Assembly (NCBI RefSeq): GCF_006345805.1
Contig: NC_042997.1
Span: forward strand, 123,752,001 to 123,816,000
Reading direction: 5' to 3'
DNA: 64,000 nt
DNA from: Octopus sinensis
Taxonomy: Eukaryota
Translations under genes and position numbers: made by a program
Notes under the pieces: generated by a model
The model's database searches: none
What the model was told of the DNA's origin: nothing
The model's input: the letters and a program-made list of their open reading frames with translations, nothing else
Shown: positions 1 through 14,936 of the stretch, in pieces
Numbering within the stretch: position 1 is the first letter of the stretch
Layout: every line of letters starts with the position of its first letter

Positions 1-129
1 TTCCACTCTGTGTAAGAGCTATATAAAATCTTGCAATAACTGTGGAAGCACGTTAATTTGGTTGCTATCAAAGTAAATCATTATTAATATTTGAACTGGA
101 AGCGATAAAAAAGGCAACTGAGTCACTTG

Positions 130-185
<56 letters not shown>

Positions 186-1039
186 GACGAAGGGGAAGGA
201 GACAAAGCGAGAGAAGACATCTATGAAGTATTCGATGATGAGATGACTATAGTATGACAGAGAAATGGAAGGTATTTAGAGAAAGATATAGGAGGTTATT
301 TATAGAGAAGTAGAACGGTGTCTGGAGAGGTGAATATGAATAGAAAATTCATGTGTGAAGATATGAAAATGTTATCTATAAACTTGAATCCCACTCAATA
401 GAACATTAGTCATTTTAAAAGAGTATGTATACAAGGAATCGACATTTATGTGTTACATGTGATGTTTGATGCGAGTCTATATCTTTAACTTTGGAATTGT
501 TGATTCTCAGAACAGATTCTCAATCGATTTTTACAAAAGCATTATCTTTGAAAGCTTATATTCTATGCTTGACAGACGGTTGCAAAGATTATCCATTCTC
601 TATTGACCGACTGAAGTGAGTGCTGTGTGAATATGGAATAAACAATATAGTGATATTACAATATAATAAGTAGATCGTAGCACTGGCTCCTTTCTAAATT
701 TCTTATAGATGTGATTATCAATTTTAAGAAAGAATCATATTATTAGCCTCTCTATTCGAGAGCGATGATTATAGTGAGAATGGGAAGGGAACCTACAAAT
801 TTATATTGTCGGAATATATCGAATATTTGAAGCGTTTAGGCGACTGATAGTATGAGACTGAATGCGATGCCAATCCGTCGCCGCTTAAATTATCACCTTT
901 CCCTGGTGAACATTTTCAGGTGAGTGATTTGGAGCAATTTGAAATGAAGTCCATTGCTTAAGAACAGATTGCGTCACTTGGTCCGAGAAGGGAATTCTAT
1001 ACGCACATATCTACCTACATAAATACATGCATACATATA

Positions 1040-1121
<82 letters not shown>

Positions 1122-1322
1122 AGAGTAAGTACATTAATGCGAAACAAGGGGGAAGAAAATAGTCCTCGAATACCGGAGGTAGACGAATATGCTTTATTAA
1201 TAAAGCGGCAAAGGCATCACAAAAAATATTATCAGAGATTCACGTTCGTTGGACAATTTTGGTTTTTCTTAACCAAAACTGTCCGACGACCGGGAATGTG
1301 AAACTCTGAGTAACAGTTTTTG

Positions 1323-1508
<186 letters not shown>

Positions 1509-3206
1509 TAATGTCATTCTAATACTTGCATTTATAATTTATTTAATAGTCCTTAAATTAGAACCATAAGCTATAAGGTGCTTTGCGCAAATCATTATTT
1601 ATTGTGGCTGTTTAATAGTAAATGTTTTTGCTCACCTATGGAAGAAGGCCGTTACTAGTATTGCGTATCTGATGCGATCCAAAGCTAACAATACCGTTTT
1701 GGGATAATAAACTATTATGTATGGAAGTATTTCGATGGATGACTGAAACCCTTAACGCCTCGTAGTTGTACGAGGAAAGTATATTACATTGAACATAATA
1801 TTCGTTTACGCTGAATATTTTTCAGTTAATGCTTTCGACTTTCAATAGAAAGATCACGAATTCCAATTTTTAATGTCTCATTCTGATGATAACACCATTC
1901 ACCATAAAAAAAATTATGTAACACATAGAAATATTCTATATAAGTTTCCATTGTATCTCATTAAATAACAGAAAATTTTAAAATTCAAAACGTGGAAATT
2001 AACTTAAATCATATCAGATAATTTGTGTATTTTAGAGAAAACTTTGCAGTGAAATGACAACAATGGATGTGAAAATAATCACTATTTTTCTTCATGGTTA
2101 GATAAGCATTTAACGGCTCTGCGTTAACCATTTGACCATAAAACAAGCCAATATCTTTTCGTGATTAATAATCGCCGTAGTTAATGATGATAGGCCGGGT
2201 TGCATACAATGGCTTCTATATTTTAACTGTATTGTTTATTGAGAGATTTCTGAGATTTCTGCTCTCTAACAGTGGCTCGATGTAATTCTAAAGAATAATA
2301 ATTTACATTTAACAGCATTCTAAAAACTGTCTGTGTGTGCAGAGACACACAGACACACACGAACACACGCAACTTGAGATTAATTATTTGCTTTTTAATA
2401 ACCTCCCAGGTTAGTAATATAATATTGTCTGCTCAGGTGAGATCGGCTATAATTCAGATGGTGTGGAATATATTTTAGTTAATGTGCCGATATATGTCAC
2501 TTAGAGTTAATCCTACGATTTAATGTATTTACTTCTCTTTTCACTTCATTCTCTAGCAATTACACGAATAAAATTTCAACCACAAAATATACCGATTTCA
2601 AGTTATTATGTTCCTCGTTTTACAATAGAAATATGAAATTTTTCTGACTAGTTACACATGAACCAACCTTTATTACTGACCTTAATTAATTTGTAATTTC
2701 GACAAAAAACGAAATGAAACAATTTAAAAGAATCACGTGTAAAATAGAACTGACACAGGTCATCTAATTATAAATTTATCGACCGTTTCGCAACTTAATT
2801 AATCCCTATATTTTGCTTTCTATCCAGAAACGGAAGTTCTAAGTGAATCTTTTAATTTAGTTTTACTCGAAGCTTTAATTACAAAAATAATAGTTTTGTG
2901 TAATTACATGTCAGTTCATTCTTACCTTTGTGCAATGATATGAAATAATTTTCTGAGAGAAATTCCGCATAGTTTTCAGTGTTTAGTTAGACGTCGCTCT
3001 GACGTTACTGGTACAGGGTGTGGCAGCTCTTACAGTAAATATCGCTCGTAAAATAGTATTTTCAAAATACCGCACAATTTCTTTTTGTTCTTATTAATGA
3101 AATGTAATCAGCGTGAAGCGACATAGCATGATTAACTCTCTTTGATGTGTAACTACGTTTAATGTCGGCATATCGATTAATTAAATAACACTACGTATAC
3201 GTTTAA

Positions 3207-3243
<37 letters not shown>

Positions 3244-3266
3244 CATACATACATACATATATAAAC

Positions 3267-3298
<32 letters not shown>

Positions 3299-3477
3299 GT
3301 ATGTATGTACATATATATATGTATATATATATACATACATATAACGAGAGAGAAAGAGAGTGACTTTACGTAAAACGAATTCGTGTAATGAACACTATGA
3401 GTAAAAATATAAACGTCCTCCGTAAATGATGAATTGCCCATATGCCTGTTGTATATATATATATATATTTTTTTTTT

Positions 3478-3551
<74 letters not shown>

Positions 3552-3556
3552 TATAT

Positions 3557-3588
<32 letters not shown>

Positions 3589-6421
3589 ATATATGTATAT
3601 ATATATGTATATATATACAAATATGTGTGTGTTTGTCTGTGTGTATCACTGTGTGTTTGTCTGTGCGTGCCTGTGGGTGTATGTCTGTAGCTATATATAT
3701 TATGCGGAAATAAATTATATATGAGTATAATCATTGTTAAGATGTATTTAATTTCATGTTGCATCTATTAATACAGTAAATTTGTAGATTTCTCATATTT
3801 ATATACTTCTAACTACTAACAACTGCTATTTAATTTGATGCAGTATATAACTGTCTGAAAAGGAACAACCGATGCTCATTCGTAGTATGATGGACGGTCT
3901 CATGTAAATGCGTATGTGTATTTAAATGCTTATGTATCTGAAGCGTAAATGAATATATGTATATGTTTGAATGCATTTGATTTTTCTATATGTTGTGATT
4001 TTCATTTCTGTTTTCGTGAGCAACACGTCAGGAGTCATTTTCTTACTCAGAAACACGACACGCTTTTATTCATTTAATTGGCCACAAGAAAGGGATAAAC
4101 ACAGAAAGGGAGCTGCGGGCTGGACATACACATAATGATATGAATGATAAATGAAATGGAGAAAAATAAGGGCAACAAGTAACGCCCGCCGATTGCTGCA
4201 TACCACAGCACATTGTTCTTTTATAAAACATTTTGAGACAACAAACCTTTTGCAAAAACACACTAAGGAGGCAATAGACTTCTTACATCGACTACATACG
4301 AAGCCATTTTGAGGCAATGAACCTCTTACTCAAGTCCCTTTAGGTATCAAAAATACAATCTTTTTGCCCGAACATAACACTCTCATCGGAATTTCGGTTT
4401 CATTTAAGCGTACCCATATATAGATAGGGGTGTGATTGAACTCGCATTCATGAACTATGTGCATATCTGATTACTATGTATGTATGTATATAGGTTTTAT
4501 TTATATTTACCTGAATGCATGTATATGTACTTATGACTTTGAAGTCCAACATATTCAAACGGAATCACTTAGAAAATTTTCACAACGCTTCTAATTAATT
4601 GATACTGAAGTTACTTTTCATTTTGTCTTAAAATTTCTTGAAGAGCCCTATCATTTCTAGATTTGTATGAAAATATTTAGTTACATGAGCCAGTGCTCCG
4701 TTTAAAATAAATACGAATGAAAATATATAGCACAGTTAAATTTTTAATTAAGTTTCCCAAAGATTTACTTTCCCTCAATTTTTGACTTTCATATCTACTG
4801 ACCACTAAATGATTTCAAGAATTTTGTTCTTTCTCACATAAATCAATATCTGGGCTTTTGAATTTATTGCTAGAATTTTCTATCTGCATTCTTAAATTCC
4901 GGAGATAATTGTAGTGCGCCTTTTCTATAGTTATCCAGTCTTCTTTAAAAATCTGGCATTTTCTGATACAACGTCGAGGATAAGGGACATCTTTATTTGT
5001 ATTGTTGATTAGGTCACCGTAACTAACTTCATTATCTGGAGGGCAAAGACGTAGCTTTGTAGATATGATGTTATATAAATGTCACAGTTCCAGAAGAGAT
5101 ATAACTTGCAGAAAATCTTTTTTTCTAGCTTCAGAGATCTCAAAACATTCATAAATTTCTTCTGCTATGATGAGAGTTTCTTAACTAAATTTGCATTTAT
5201 ATAGTTAGCCTTACTACCATTCGTTCATATGGAACAGCAGTGCATATATTGTATATATTCAGGAGTACTACATATAGTCTCACTTTTTATTGTCCCTATA
5301 GAGCACACTCGCGTTGTACCCTTTTCCCTCTTTACTGTACGAATGTATTTTATAACCCTCCATATTTCGGGTTTTATCTTCTGCTGCAGATTTCATGCCT
5401 ATGATAAAAAAAAAAAAGAACTGTGACAAATCTCCTTATTAAAATGCTTATGTTTACATGTAAAAGTGTTTGTGTAGACAAATCATTGTATATGTGAATT
5501 TGTATATTGAGAAATAATTGTGTATAATACACATCTGTCTGTTTGTTTATGCGTTTATGCTCACAGAAATGGTTGAATACCTTGAATGTTTCACGGATAG
5601 TTCGACAAACAGTAATGAATTTTAATTCTCTAACTACTCGTTACCTTCCTATTTAATAAAACACAGCGTCGAATGCTTAAGACAGCGAAATAAATAATGA
5701 CCAAAATAATCGCGTTTTAAAATTTAATGTTATACACCAAATGTGTTTTGATTTTCCAAAGTTGATTATACATATTTTCTTTCCCTTAATCTCTATACTT
5801 CATTTAGCGACAGATATAAACTTTATATTGCATTCTCGGGCACATATTTTTTCCACGCTTCTATATGTATGTGTCTGCGGTATTTCCTGTTTTTATTTTA
5901 CATAAACATTATTAGAACATTTCAACCAATTATGTCATATGGATTAGCATATATTCTAATCAGTGGAACTAATTATAACTTCATGAATATTCATATTCCG
6001 TATAAAAATATGTAATGTGATGATTAATATATAATGTCTCGTGATATATCATGTCGTGATGACATTTTCAAGCAGCTGCTTATGACATAAGTTACATCTT
6101 CGTTCTTAAGTTTACAAACATCTAATTATTCTGGTAATTTAGCAATAGCCACTCTTAGATAATTTACATGATACACACAATTTACGACAAAATTAATAAG
6201 GTAAATCGAACATTTAGCTGTCAGCTCCTTTTCCAGCTTTGCAAAATCCTAGAATTTAAATTGAGAACTAATTGTGTGTTTATTTAGCCAAGATAAACTA
6301 ATATTTTTAGTTATATTACAATCAATGTAATATTTGTGTCATAAAATAATGATGATAAGCTGAAGGCAATTTATCAAATGGTATGATATATGTATGCCAA
6401 TGTGTGCTTTGTATATATATA

Positions 6422-6475
<54 letters not shown>

Positions 6476-6776
6476 TTATACCTTTTTGATAGGGCGTTCT
6501 GTATATATCTGTAATTTTAAATTCGCATATATATTTTTACCTTCTGAGCTTTTTTATATATGTATACTTTATATGTTTAAGAACTATGGTGATATTTGTA
6601 CATGATCAAATGTTTGGAAGTATGGTGTTATATATAAAGTCGTTGACTCGAATATGATGTTAGTTCTATGATCAATGTTTCTTTATCTCTGTCTCAATTA
6701 CATTTGGGCACTACTTTTTTTGCAGTCCTATAAACACTTTTCTTTCCATAAAAAGAGACAAAACTGATTCCTTGCC

Positions 6777-6815
<39 letters not shown>

Positions 6816-6885
6816 TTAGATAAAACTTAGATATGTTTCGACCAGAGATTGGTCCAGGCCATGTCTAACTTAATAGCACCACCTG

Positions 6886-6928
<43 letters not shown>

Positions 6929-8899
6929 GGATAACAAAAATGACCAGAAAGAAACGACGATGCGAGGACGTGGTACATGCAGAGTATTAGCAGACGGTCA
7001 GGGAATCAGAGAAAGGTAGCTTTACGTTTTGATCAAATCACATCGTCAGAGAAAAGAAACGTAGGAAAGCAATCACCAACCATATATATATATATCCTTT
7101 GATAAACTAGGACTTAAATTAACTCTCACCACTAATACAACGTTTACTTATTTTCTAAACATCGCAAGTAGAACCCAAAGAGAGCTATAGGCTGCTCATT
7201 TTCACCATTATGCGTTTGCATAAACAACATTTACTAACATTGGTAGCTGTATCGCTACCATGGAAGATTAATATATTAGCAAACCACGGAAATGTAACGC
7301 AGCAAAATAATGGGTGTAGAGTTAAAAATTTATTAAACCAACACCTAAACTACTGTTACCAAATGAAACCAAATCTATGACAGAAACACTATCTGATAAA
7401 CTAATTTCCCTTGCTTCACAACGAAATCTAATATTCCTCAAAATTTCCTAAATCTTATCCACAACATTTTTCACTCAGTGCGCAAATATAAAATATTCGC
7501 AGTCAGAGCATAACTAATATGCCGATGATCTCCGCTGTTATTAGTCGACTCGATTCACTCAGTAAGAGTACCAAACAATTTAGTAACCCAAAGCGTCCAC
7601 AGATCCATGTATTAACCAGTCATTCTAAATTCATGCGAAGTAAACCGACAAAAATATATATAAAAAAAGAAATGGTTGTGCTCCTCGGTAAATTTGAGCA
7701 AATCTGATCACGCTAGATTATTTGGGGGGATTCAAAAACAGGTTCAGGGACCATCTTAAGTTTTTTCACAAATCTTACAACATTCAACCGGCACTTTGCT
7801 CGGAACCGGCCAAACTGGCCACCACTACGCGAAGTACCTGCACACTTGGAACTAGTCCGATGCACCACCAGCATAATGAGTAACTTGCCTTGTCACCTGT
7901 GTTCAAGGGCATGGTATGCCAGGATCGAACTGTTTACACATCTATCATCTCACAAAATGTAGGCTAAGACCCCTAGTGGACAACATCATCACCGACCTAG
8001 ATGGACAGCTATAAATAAGCAAACAACTCTCATCCGTTGTACATCTCACTCCTTATTTTCATACTCAAATTACTTCCTCCTTTATCAATATTACTCGGAA
8101 TAACACCGTTTCATAATATCTGAATAGAAAAGTAATCGTATTTATATCGAATTCTAAGATACATATGAAATTTCTCATTAGCGAAAATAAACCTGAATGT
8201 TTTGGTAAAAGTATATCACAGCTTAAAGGAAAGTATATCCTCATAAAACTGATCATTGAAATATTTTCGTGCTAGCTAGTTGAATGTATTTTTGGAAACC
8301 ATTTGCATAAATCAGATTTCATTATATAGCAATAAATTGACGGGATTTTAGGAGAACGCTAATAGCTTGTCTCTCTTGATAACTTCTCTAACATTAAGAT
8401 ACGTTCACTGACTTCGTGGGTTTTGATATTATGTTTCTAAATTGAAGTTTTGCTGTCAAACCTAATTATTACAGATATCAATAGTCGTGTGGATACTGCC
8501 TTATTTGATATCATAAAACCACTTTCTTTTTTGTTAGTTTCTGGCATGGTATATTCGATAGATTATACTGAGGAATGGTAAATGTTTAGATAGGTCATTT
8601 CTATTCATATGCAGACATCGGGAGACGTACTATGCAAATCACTACGTCATTAAAATTTATAATGATTACTTTTAGGAACCTAACCTGTTTTTATCTCCGA
8701 GAACTACATAGTAATTAGTACGTTCATCACAACTGTTTCATTCTATAAATAACGTGAACAGTACAGTTATTTGGTATATTGCTATATTTTTTACGAAGAA
8801 TGGCGTTTAAAGGATTATGAACACAGAAAATATGAGAAAATGATGAACGGTAGAACATGTTGATGATAAGAGGAAGAGGACGGGTAGCGAAGGAATGTA

Positions 8900-8934
8900 A
8901 TAATAATAATAAGAGGAAGAAGAAGAAGAAGAAT

Positions 8935-8997
<63 letters not shown>

Positions 8998-9025
8998 CAG
9001 CAGCAGCAGCAGCAACAGCAGTAGC

Positions 9026-9071
<46 letters not shown>

Positions 9072-9444
9072 AAAGAAGAAGAAGAAGAAGAAGAAGAAGA
9101 AGAAGAAGAAGAAGAAGAAGAAGAAGAAGAAGAAGAAGAAGAAGAAGAAAAAGAAGCATTTCCACATTAGGCAAATGATCTGAAATTTAGTCAGAGCGCT
9201 AAACGATTCCATCGACTTCAGTGCTCGACAACTACTTATTAATCCTTTCATGGATCCAGAGAGAAAGGTAAGGCTAAGTCGAACTCAGTGGAATTCGAAA
9301 CCAGACCTTAATCATGAGCGAAATGCAACTGACAAATTTATCCGGCCCGCTAATCAATTTGCCATCTTGGAACAATAACAATAACAAAAATATATTAATA
9401 ATAATATTATTAATAATAACAACAACAAGAACAACAAAAATAAC

Positions 9445-9509
<65 letters not shown>

Positions 9510-9510
9510 C

Positions 9511-9563
<53 letters not shown>

Positions 9564-9575
9564 TAATAATAATAC
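8900..9575. repeat. Compound trinucleotide microsatellites (TAA/TAG/CAG/GAA, then AAC/AAT)
   Basis: Direct inspection; interrupted by a SINE-like segment at ~9160-9370. Confidence 0.95.
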
Positions 9576-10082
9576 TTAAGTCGAAATTAAACGGACGGAA
9601 TAAGATTGAAGCTATCAACACCTATCAACGCATGGACAGTAAACGAACTAAACAGCTTAGACAGAAAGACAAGGAAGTTGCTAACTAGATATGGGTTACT
9701 TCATCCAAAAAGTGACAAAGAGAGACTGTATGTACGAAGAAAAAGAGGGGGAAGAGGACTTACTGGATGCGAACACAGCATTAGAGCAGAAGAAAACAAA
9801 ATAGCACTGTATGTAAAAGATGCTACAGAATCGCTATTATTAGAAGTAAGAATGTCAGGCTTGTATAGGTTGAATGATTGCGAAGATAACGCTCTATACA
9901 GTCAATTGAAAAAGAATGAAACTGAAAATAGGTGGGTAAAGAAAAGAATGCAAGGACAATTTCATAGGGATTTTGAAGATAACACAGACAGATGAAAAAC
10001 ATGTCTGTGGATAACTAAAAATGATTTAAAACCGGAAACGGAGGCTCTAATCTGTGCTGCCCAAGAGCAAGTGTTAAGAACA
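9572..10082 (+). mobile_element. R4/Dong fragment (RT thumb to pre-zinc-finger region)
   Basis: ILKSKLNGRNKIEAIN, LDRKTRKLLT..LHPKSDKERLY..GGRGL, MQGQF, LKPETEALICAAQEQ; begins directly after an (AAT)n tract. Confidence 0.85.
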
Positions 10083-12818
10083 AACTACATAAGATATAGA
10101 ATTTTAAAGAAAGATAGTTGTCAGACTGATAGGCAACGACAAATTTCAATATATAGGAGAAATTTCTCGAGAGAAATATGTATGGTGCGCTTTGAAGCTG
10201 ATGTATAAAATATTTTGTCGAGGTTCACTTTATTGTGTCCCTTTTAGCATAAGAAATAATGCAAACAAGCATTGCGAGTAAGTAATACTGATGGGAGTGA
10301 AGGGGAAAATAATATGTTGGAAATTATTTTGTGTTAGTTTGAGCGACAAACGTGCAGCACAATCGTTAGGTTTATTTTGGCAAACAAATCACTTTATATA
10401 AGAGGACTGTAAATTTAGTGGACTCACTTTGCATGAGACATGGAGATGCATTGCAGGTTGAGAGTTTGACAGCGGATAGGCCAGACTAATACATCGTATA
10501 TTTATTGTTGTTGATGCATAAATGTGTATGAGATGGATTGCAGGATAAAGTTCTGATATATTTCTAGCAGTATATCTTACTTAAACATTTCCGACGTGGC
10601 TGCACATGAACTATATGAGTATCTGAGTGTTGTAAGCATAGTGTGATAGGAATATTGTCGACCACATAATTATCTGACTCGGATTGAGAATGAAATACGT
10701 TAGTTACTAAAGTCAGTAACCATTGATCACGCGTTGTTAACTTAAAATACAGATAATAATAAGTTGATATTTTGTGATAGGGAATAATGTCTGGAAAGAA
10801 AACGCTTTAACGAGAATGGAGATAGGTGAGGATACTAACTATTGGAGAGAGTTAATAATAACTAGCGAATAGGATTCCCATACTGCTGTCATGGGGAGGG
10901 AGAAGAATGAGACCTAAGGATAGTAATGTGCTTTGAAATTGTCGAGAGTGACGACTTTTGATAATAAAAGAAAAGGTTGCTTACAGGATATTCAATCCTT
11001 TTCTGCTGTAATATTAAACCAATTGTGGTAACATCAAAGAATCAATTTACGAACCAAGCGGAAACAAAATTCTCAATAGCCGTTCACACATCAATGGCGT
11101 ATTATTGTGAAAGGTATGAGGCGTTTCTTTAAATCAAACAACAACCGAATAAAGTAAGGAGAATAAAAGCGAAGAACACAAGTACTAAACGATATAAAAA
11201 AAAACATCACATTCCACGTTAAAATACAACACGGTAAAAAAAACAACACCAACCATAACGTAATAGACTAGAGTCGCAACAATAAAAGCACGAAATAGCT
11301 GTTTTAAAAGAAAAATGAGGAACCAGATATATCAAACCTAAAAGTGTCTAGTGCGCTTAAGAAACACATCTAATGTTGTCAGTAACAAATTAATGTAGTC
11401 GCTAACAAATAGGATCAATAATATTGAATTAAGTTTTAATATATTCATTCAGACAAACGGCAAACACTACGAAATGTGAGGATATCGTAAAGCAGAATCT
11501 AAATCTCATGTGAAAATTTCAGATCATATGGCGAATAAATTATGCAGATTTACCGATTGTAATCCGGCTAACGCAAACCACAGGATGTGTTCTTAATAAA
11601 CCCGAGGATATTTTAGCGATAAGTCAACGAGGAGCGAAATGATGCAATATATGAGGTAATAATAGAAAATAAATTAATAATATCAATCAAATAAAAATTC
11701 AACTCCAAAAAAAAGTAACACTTAACATTGGCGATGAACTAAGACACACTACTTATGCAGAATCGTAGATTAATTCAGAAGTTTACAGCTATTAAATGAC
11801 GGCTAAAAGAAAAGTAATATACTGATGAGATTTCATACTTATTTTTCTAAAGTATCCTGCCACTAGTGAGACCAATGGCATATCACTTCTGAATTGCAAA
11901 CAAATTTCTATTTGATGTTGAGAGGAGAGTTATATAACTGTAGAATAAATACTCGTTAAAACAAGGTTGTTCGGAGATGGTCCACATGAAAGAATTAGAA
12001 GATTGTGCAGTACTAGTGGGTTCATAAGTAAGTAGTTAGATTCCCTATAATCTAAATTTTACTGAATATGGCTAGTAATTTATTACAAATATGTGATATT
12101 CTCACTGTAAGTCTGACAGCACTGATATGGCCATGGACGCCGTTGGAAAATATTTTATGCAAAACATGCAAACACCAGCAATTAGTACCATGAAGTACTT
12201 AATAGTAGAAGTGCATGGATATCTCAGAATCGTACTTCATTTAATGCATATCTAATAGACTCTGATAATCATAGGAAATATATTTGAATCACAATAGCTA
12301 AGAAGGAAGCACTAAAATCCCCCAAAAGTGCAAGGGGTAATTTACAATATCAAGTTGATAAACATGTATTTGAATAATCCTCAAAACCATGAAAGAACTT
12401 AATACCAGATGTATACATAATAAAACGAAAAAAGGAAATTAACAAAAATAATATTTTTTTTTTGTGCAACAAAAAGAAATCGCAGTATACCTGGAGTTGA
12501 AACAAATGAGTACTCATTCGTTAACACAAAACTATCCTGAAGCAAGGTTCGTAAACATAGCACATAGTAGAGTGCATATGAATAAGCTCGCGTATTGTTA
12601 ATTTTGAAGAGGCAAACCACATATGCAGAAACTAGATAAATATGAATGGATCGTGAGATATATCTGTACGAAAGATTCTGTTGCTATTTAAGGATAGAGA
12701 GCTTATGGATATGAAATCAGAAAACTAGATAGAAAATGTTTCTTTTACTAGCGTTAATATGTTTTATTCGTAGTATAATCGTGATAAGGATAACTCTCAC
12801 AAAGAGAGGAAATACTAC

Positions 12819-12875
<57 letters not shown>

Positions 12876-13144
12876 GTATATACGATATAGATGCATACGC
12901 GCGTGTGTGTAAAAGCATATATATATATGCTTTTACACACGCGCACGTATGTATCTATATCTGTATAAACTATTGCCCCAACTGCCACTGCGAAGCTCCT
13001 GGAGTAAATCTACGGATAACAACAGGCAACATAAACTGGACTGGTGCTTTACTCATCATCTATTTATACATTCTCTATCATTATTTTCATTATGTATATA
13101 TATATATTATATTATATTATATTATATCATGATATATTATATTA

Positions 13145-14225
13145 TATTCATTCGGAATGGCTCGAGGAATTGAGTACATTTTGAGCACTGGCAATGATGT
13201 AAACAATTGACCGTAGCCCTCAAATTTCAGTACTTTACGCAATATACGTGCTGTTCCAAGTAATGCTGATTTTTGCAATACACCTAGATTATAGGGCATT
13301 TCTAAAGTTTCCATATGTTTCTTCAAGTTGGGCGGTATTGAATCCAATGCTCCGATGACGAAAGGGACAAAATTCGTTGCACTGTTGTAATTGCCACACC
13401 TTATCGATCTCAATTCTCAGGTCTCTATATTTATTAACCTTTCCTCTTTTTTACATGATAAAATGTTGATCTCCTGCCACTGCCACTTTGGTTATTAAGC
13501 ACTGTTGTTTCTCCCTCCAAAATGTTACTATGTCCGCCCTTCGGTACTCTAACACCTTGTCTGTCTAGAAGTCAAAATCCCAGAGAAATTTTGCCTTCCC
13601 CTTGTCGTCCATTACCTTTTCCGGTGTATGTTGGTACCAATCACCTGTAACGCTATAACCATTCTTTCGGCATAGTAGCCAGTGCAGGTTTTACGCTACC
13701 TTGTCGTGTCTCCGCTTGTATTCATTCTGCGCAAGACTTTCATAGGAACTAACAATATGAATCAAGCTTTCGACCCTCTTCTCACACATTCTGTAAAGGT
13801 TCGTTGCACTTTTGTGGTATATATCCCTTTTCACTGAGTTAGTATTCAATGCCTGAAACGGGGCAGCAACGATTAGACTTTCAGTCCTCTTTTTTGCTGA
13901 ACCACCTTAATGTTGCTTCCTCGTCTTTTAAGTTGTTAGTTTCTTGGTGGGACTGGTCATGCAATTCTATGCGGAGTAGAGTTTCTACTCTCTCGTTGGC
14001 TATTAGTGGTCGGGATTGATTAGCACTCCCAAGTCTATTTGTGGTAAATCCTTCTGCATTAGAAGGATACTGCAGCAGGTTTTGTTTGCTGTTTACCGAA
14101 TATACTGTCATGATTCTACTTTCACTGTTGATGCACTCCGTATGCTAATCAGCACACAACCGCCCTTCTACCTCTTCATGTAGAGCCTGTGTACGTTCGC
14201 CTTACGATGGAGAGTATTATGATTC
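13145..14225 (-). mobile_element. 5'-truncated degraded R4/Dong element
   Basis: RLYMKR, LWDFDF..RRADIV, VPFVIGAL..LQKSALLGTARILRKVL; short 3' UTR ending in (AATAT)n. Confidence 0.8.
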
Positions 14226-14670
14226 AGTGCGACCATGTGATAGAGTATAGGAAGCCAGATATAGTCTTAATTGAGAAAGAAAACAAGCTCTGCTGGATCG
14301 TAGATATATCATGTCCCAGCTGACAAGATATGCGATAATGAAGAAAGAAAAGTCGAGAGATATGAGAGGTTAGCTTGGGAGGTTAAGCAGGTGTGGTCGC
14401 GGTAAAAGGTGGTAGTAGTACCAAATAACTGTCGGTGCCCTGAGAACAGTGAGTAAAAAATATTGAGAAATATATGGAACAAATAGGGGATGCAATAAGG
14501 GTGGAGCTCTTGCAGAAAACAGGACTGCTTGAAACCGCTCAAATACTCCGGAAGGTGCTTGAAAAATAAGAGGTGATACCTTAGTTCATTGGTAGTAAAC
14601 AGCTTTCACCGTAATACATCTCCAGCGTTAGAAGCTGTACAAAGGTAATAATAATGATAATAATAATAAT
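14226..14670 (+). mobile_element. R4/Dong RLE-domain 3' fragment with (TAA)n tail
   Basis: DHVIEYRKPDIVLIEKENKLCWIVDISCP..LLETAQILRKVL, then 3' UTR and TAA repeats. Confidence 0.8.
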
Positions 14671-14880
14671 TATTATTATTATTATTATTAGTGTTGTTGT
14701 TGTTGTTGTTGTTGTTGCTGCTGCTTTTGCTGTTGTTGTTGTTGTAATTGTTATATGAAAACTCATTGCTTATTTTGCTGGGCACGATGGAAATTGTCGG
14801 CTATCCACAGCCAGCAAACAAAGGTGACAGTGATTATTATTATTGATTGAGAGAGCAGTGCATTATTATTATTATTATTA

Positions 14881-14936
<56 letters not shown>

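Noticed and set aside
840-919. Plus-strand exon candidate (AG..CAG|GTGAGT); also an acceptor at 45657
   Set aside because: Only generic splice signals and unrecognised peptides; similar TTCAGGTGA strings occur in repeats elsewhere in the window.
3008-3030. TACAGGGTG start resembling a Tc1/mariner or MITE TIR
   Set aside because: No matching inverted partner found.
5179-5200. Minus-strand ANYINAN peptide resembling a tyrosine-phosphatase motif
   Set aside because: Stop codon 8 codons later and no supporting splice sites or other PTP motifs.
14200-14250. Head-to-head junction of two R4 fragments as a twin-priming inversion
   Set aside because: Both sides carry their own diverged RLE domain, so they are separate elements.
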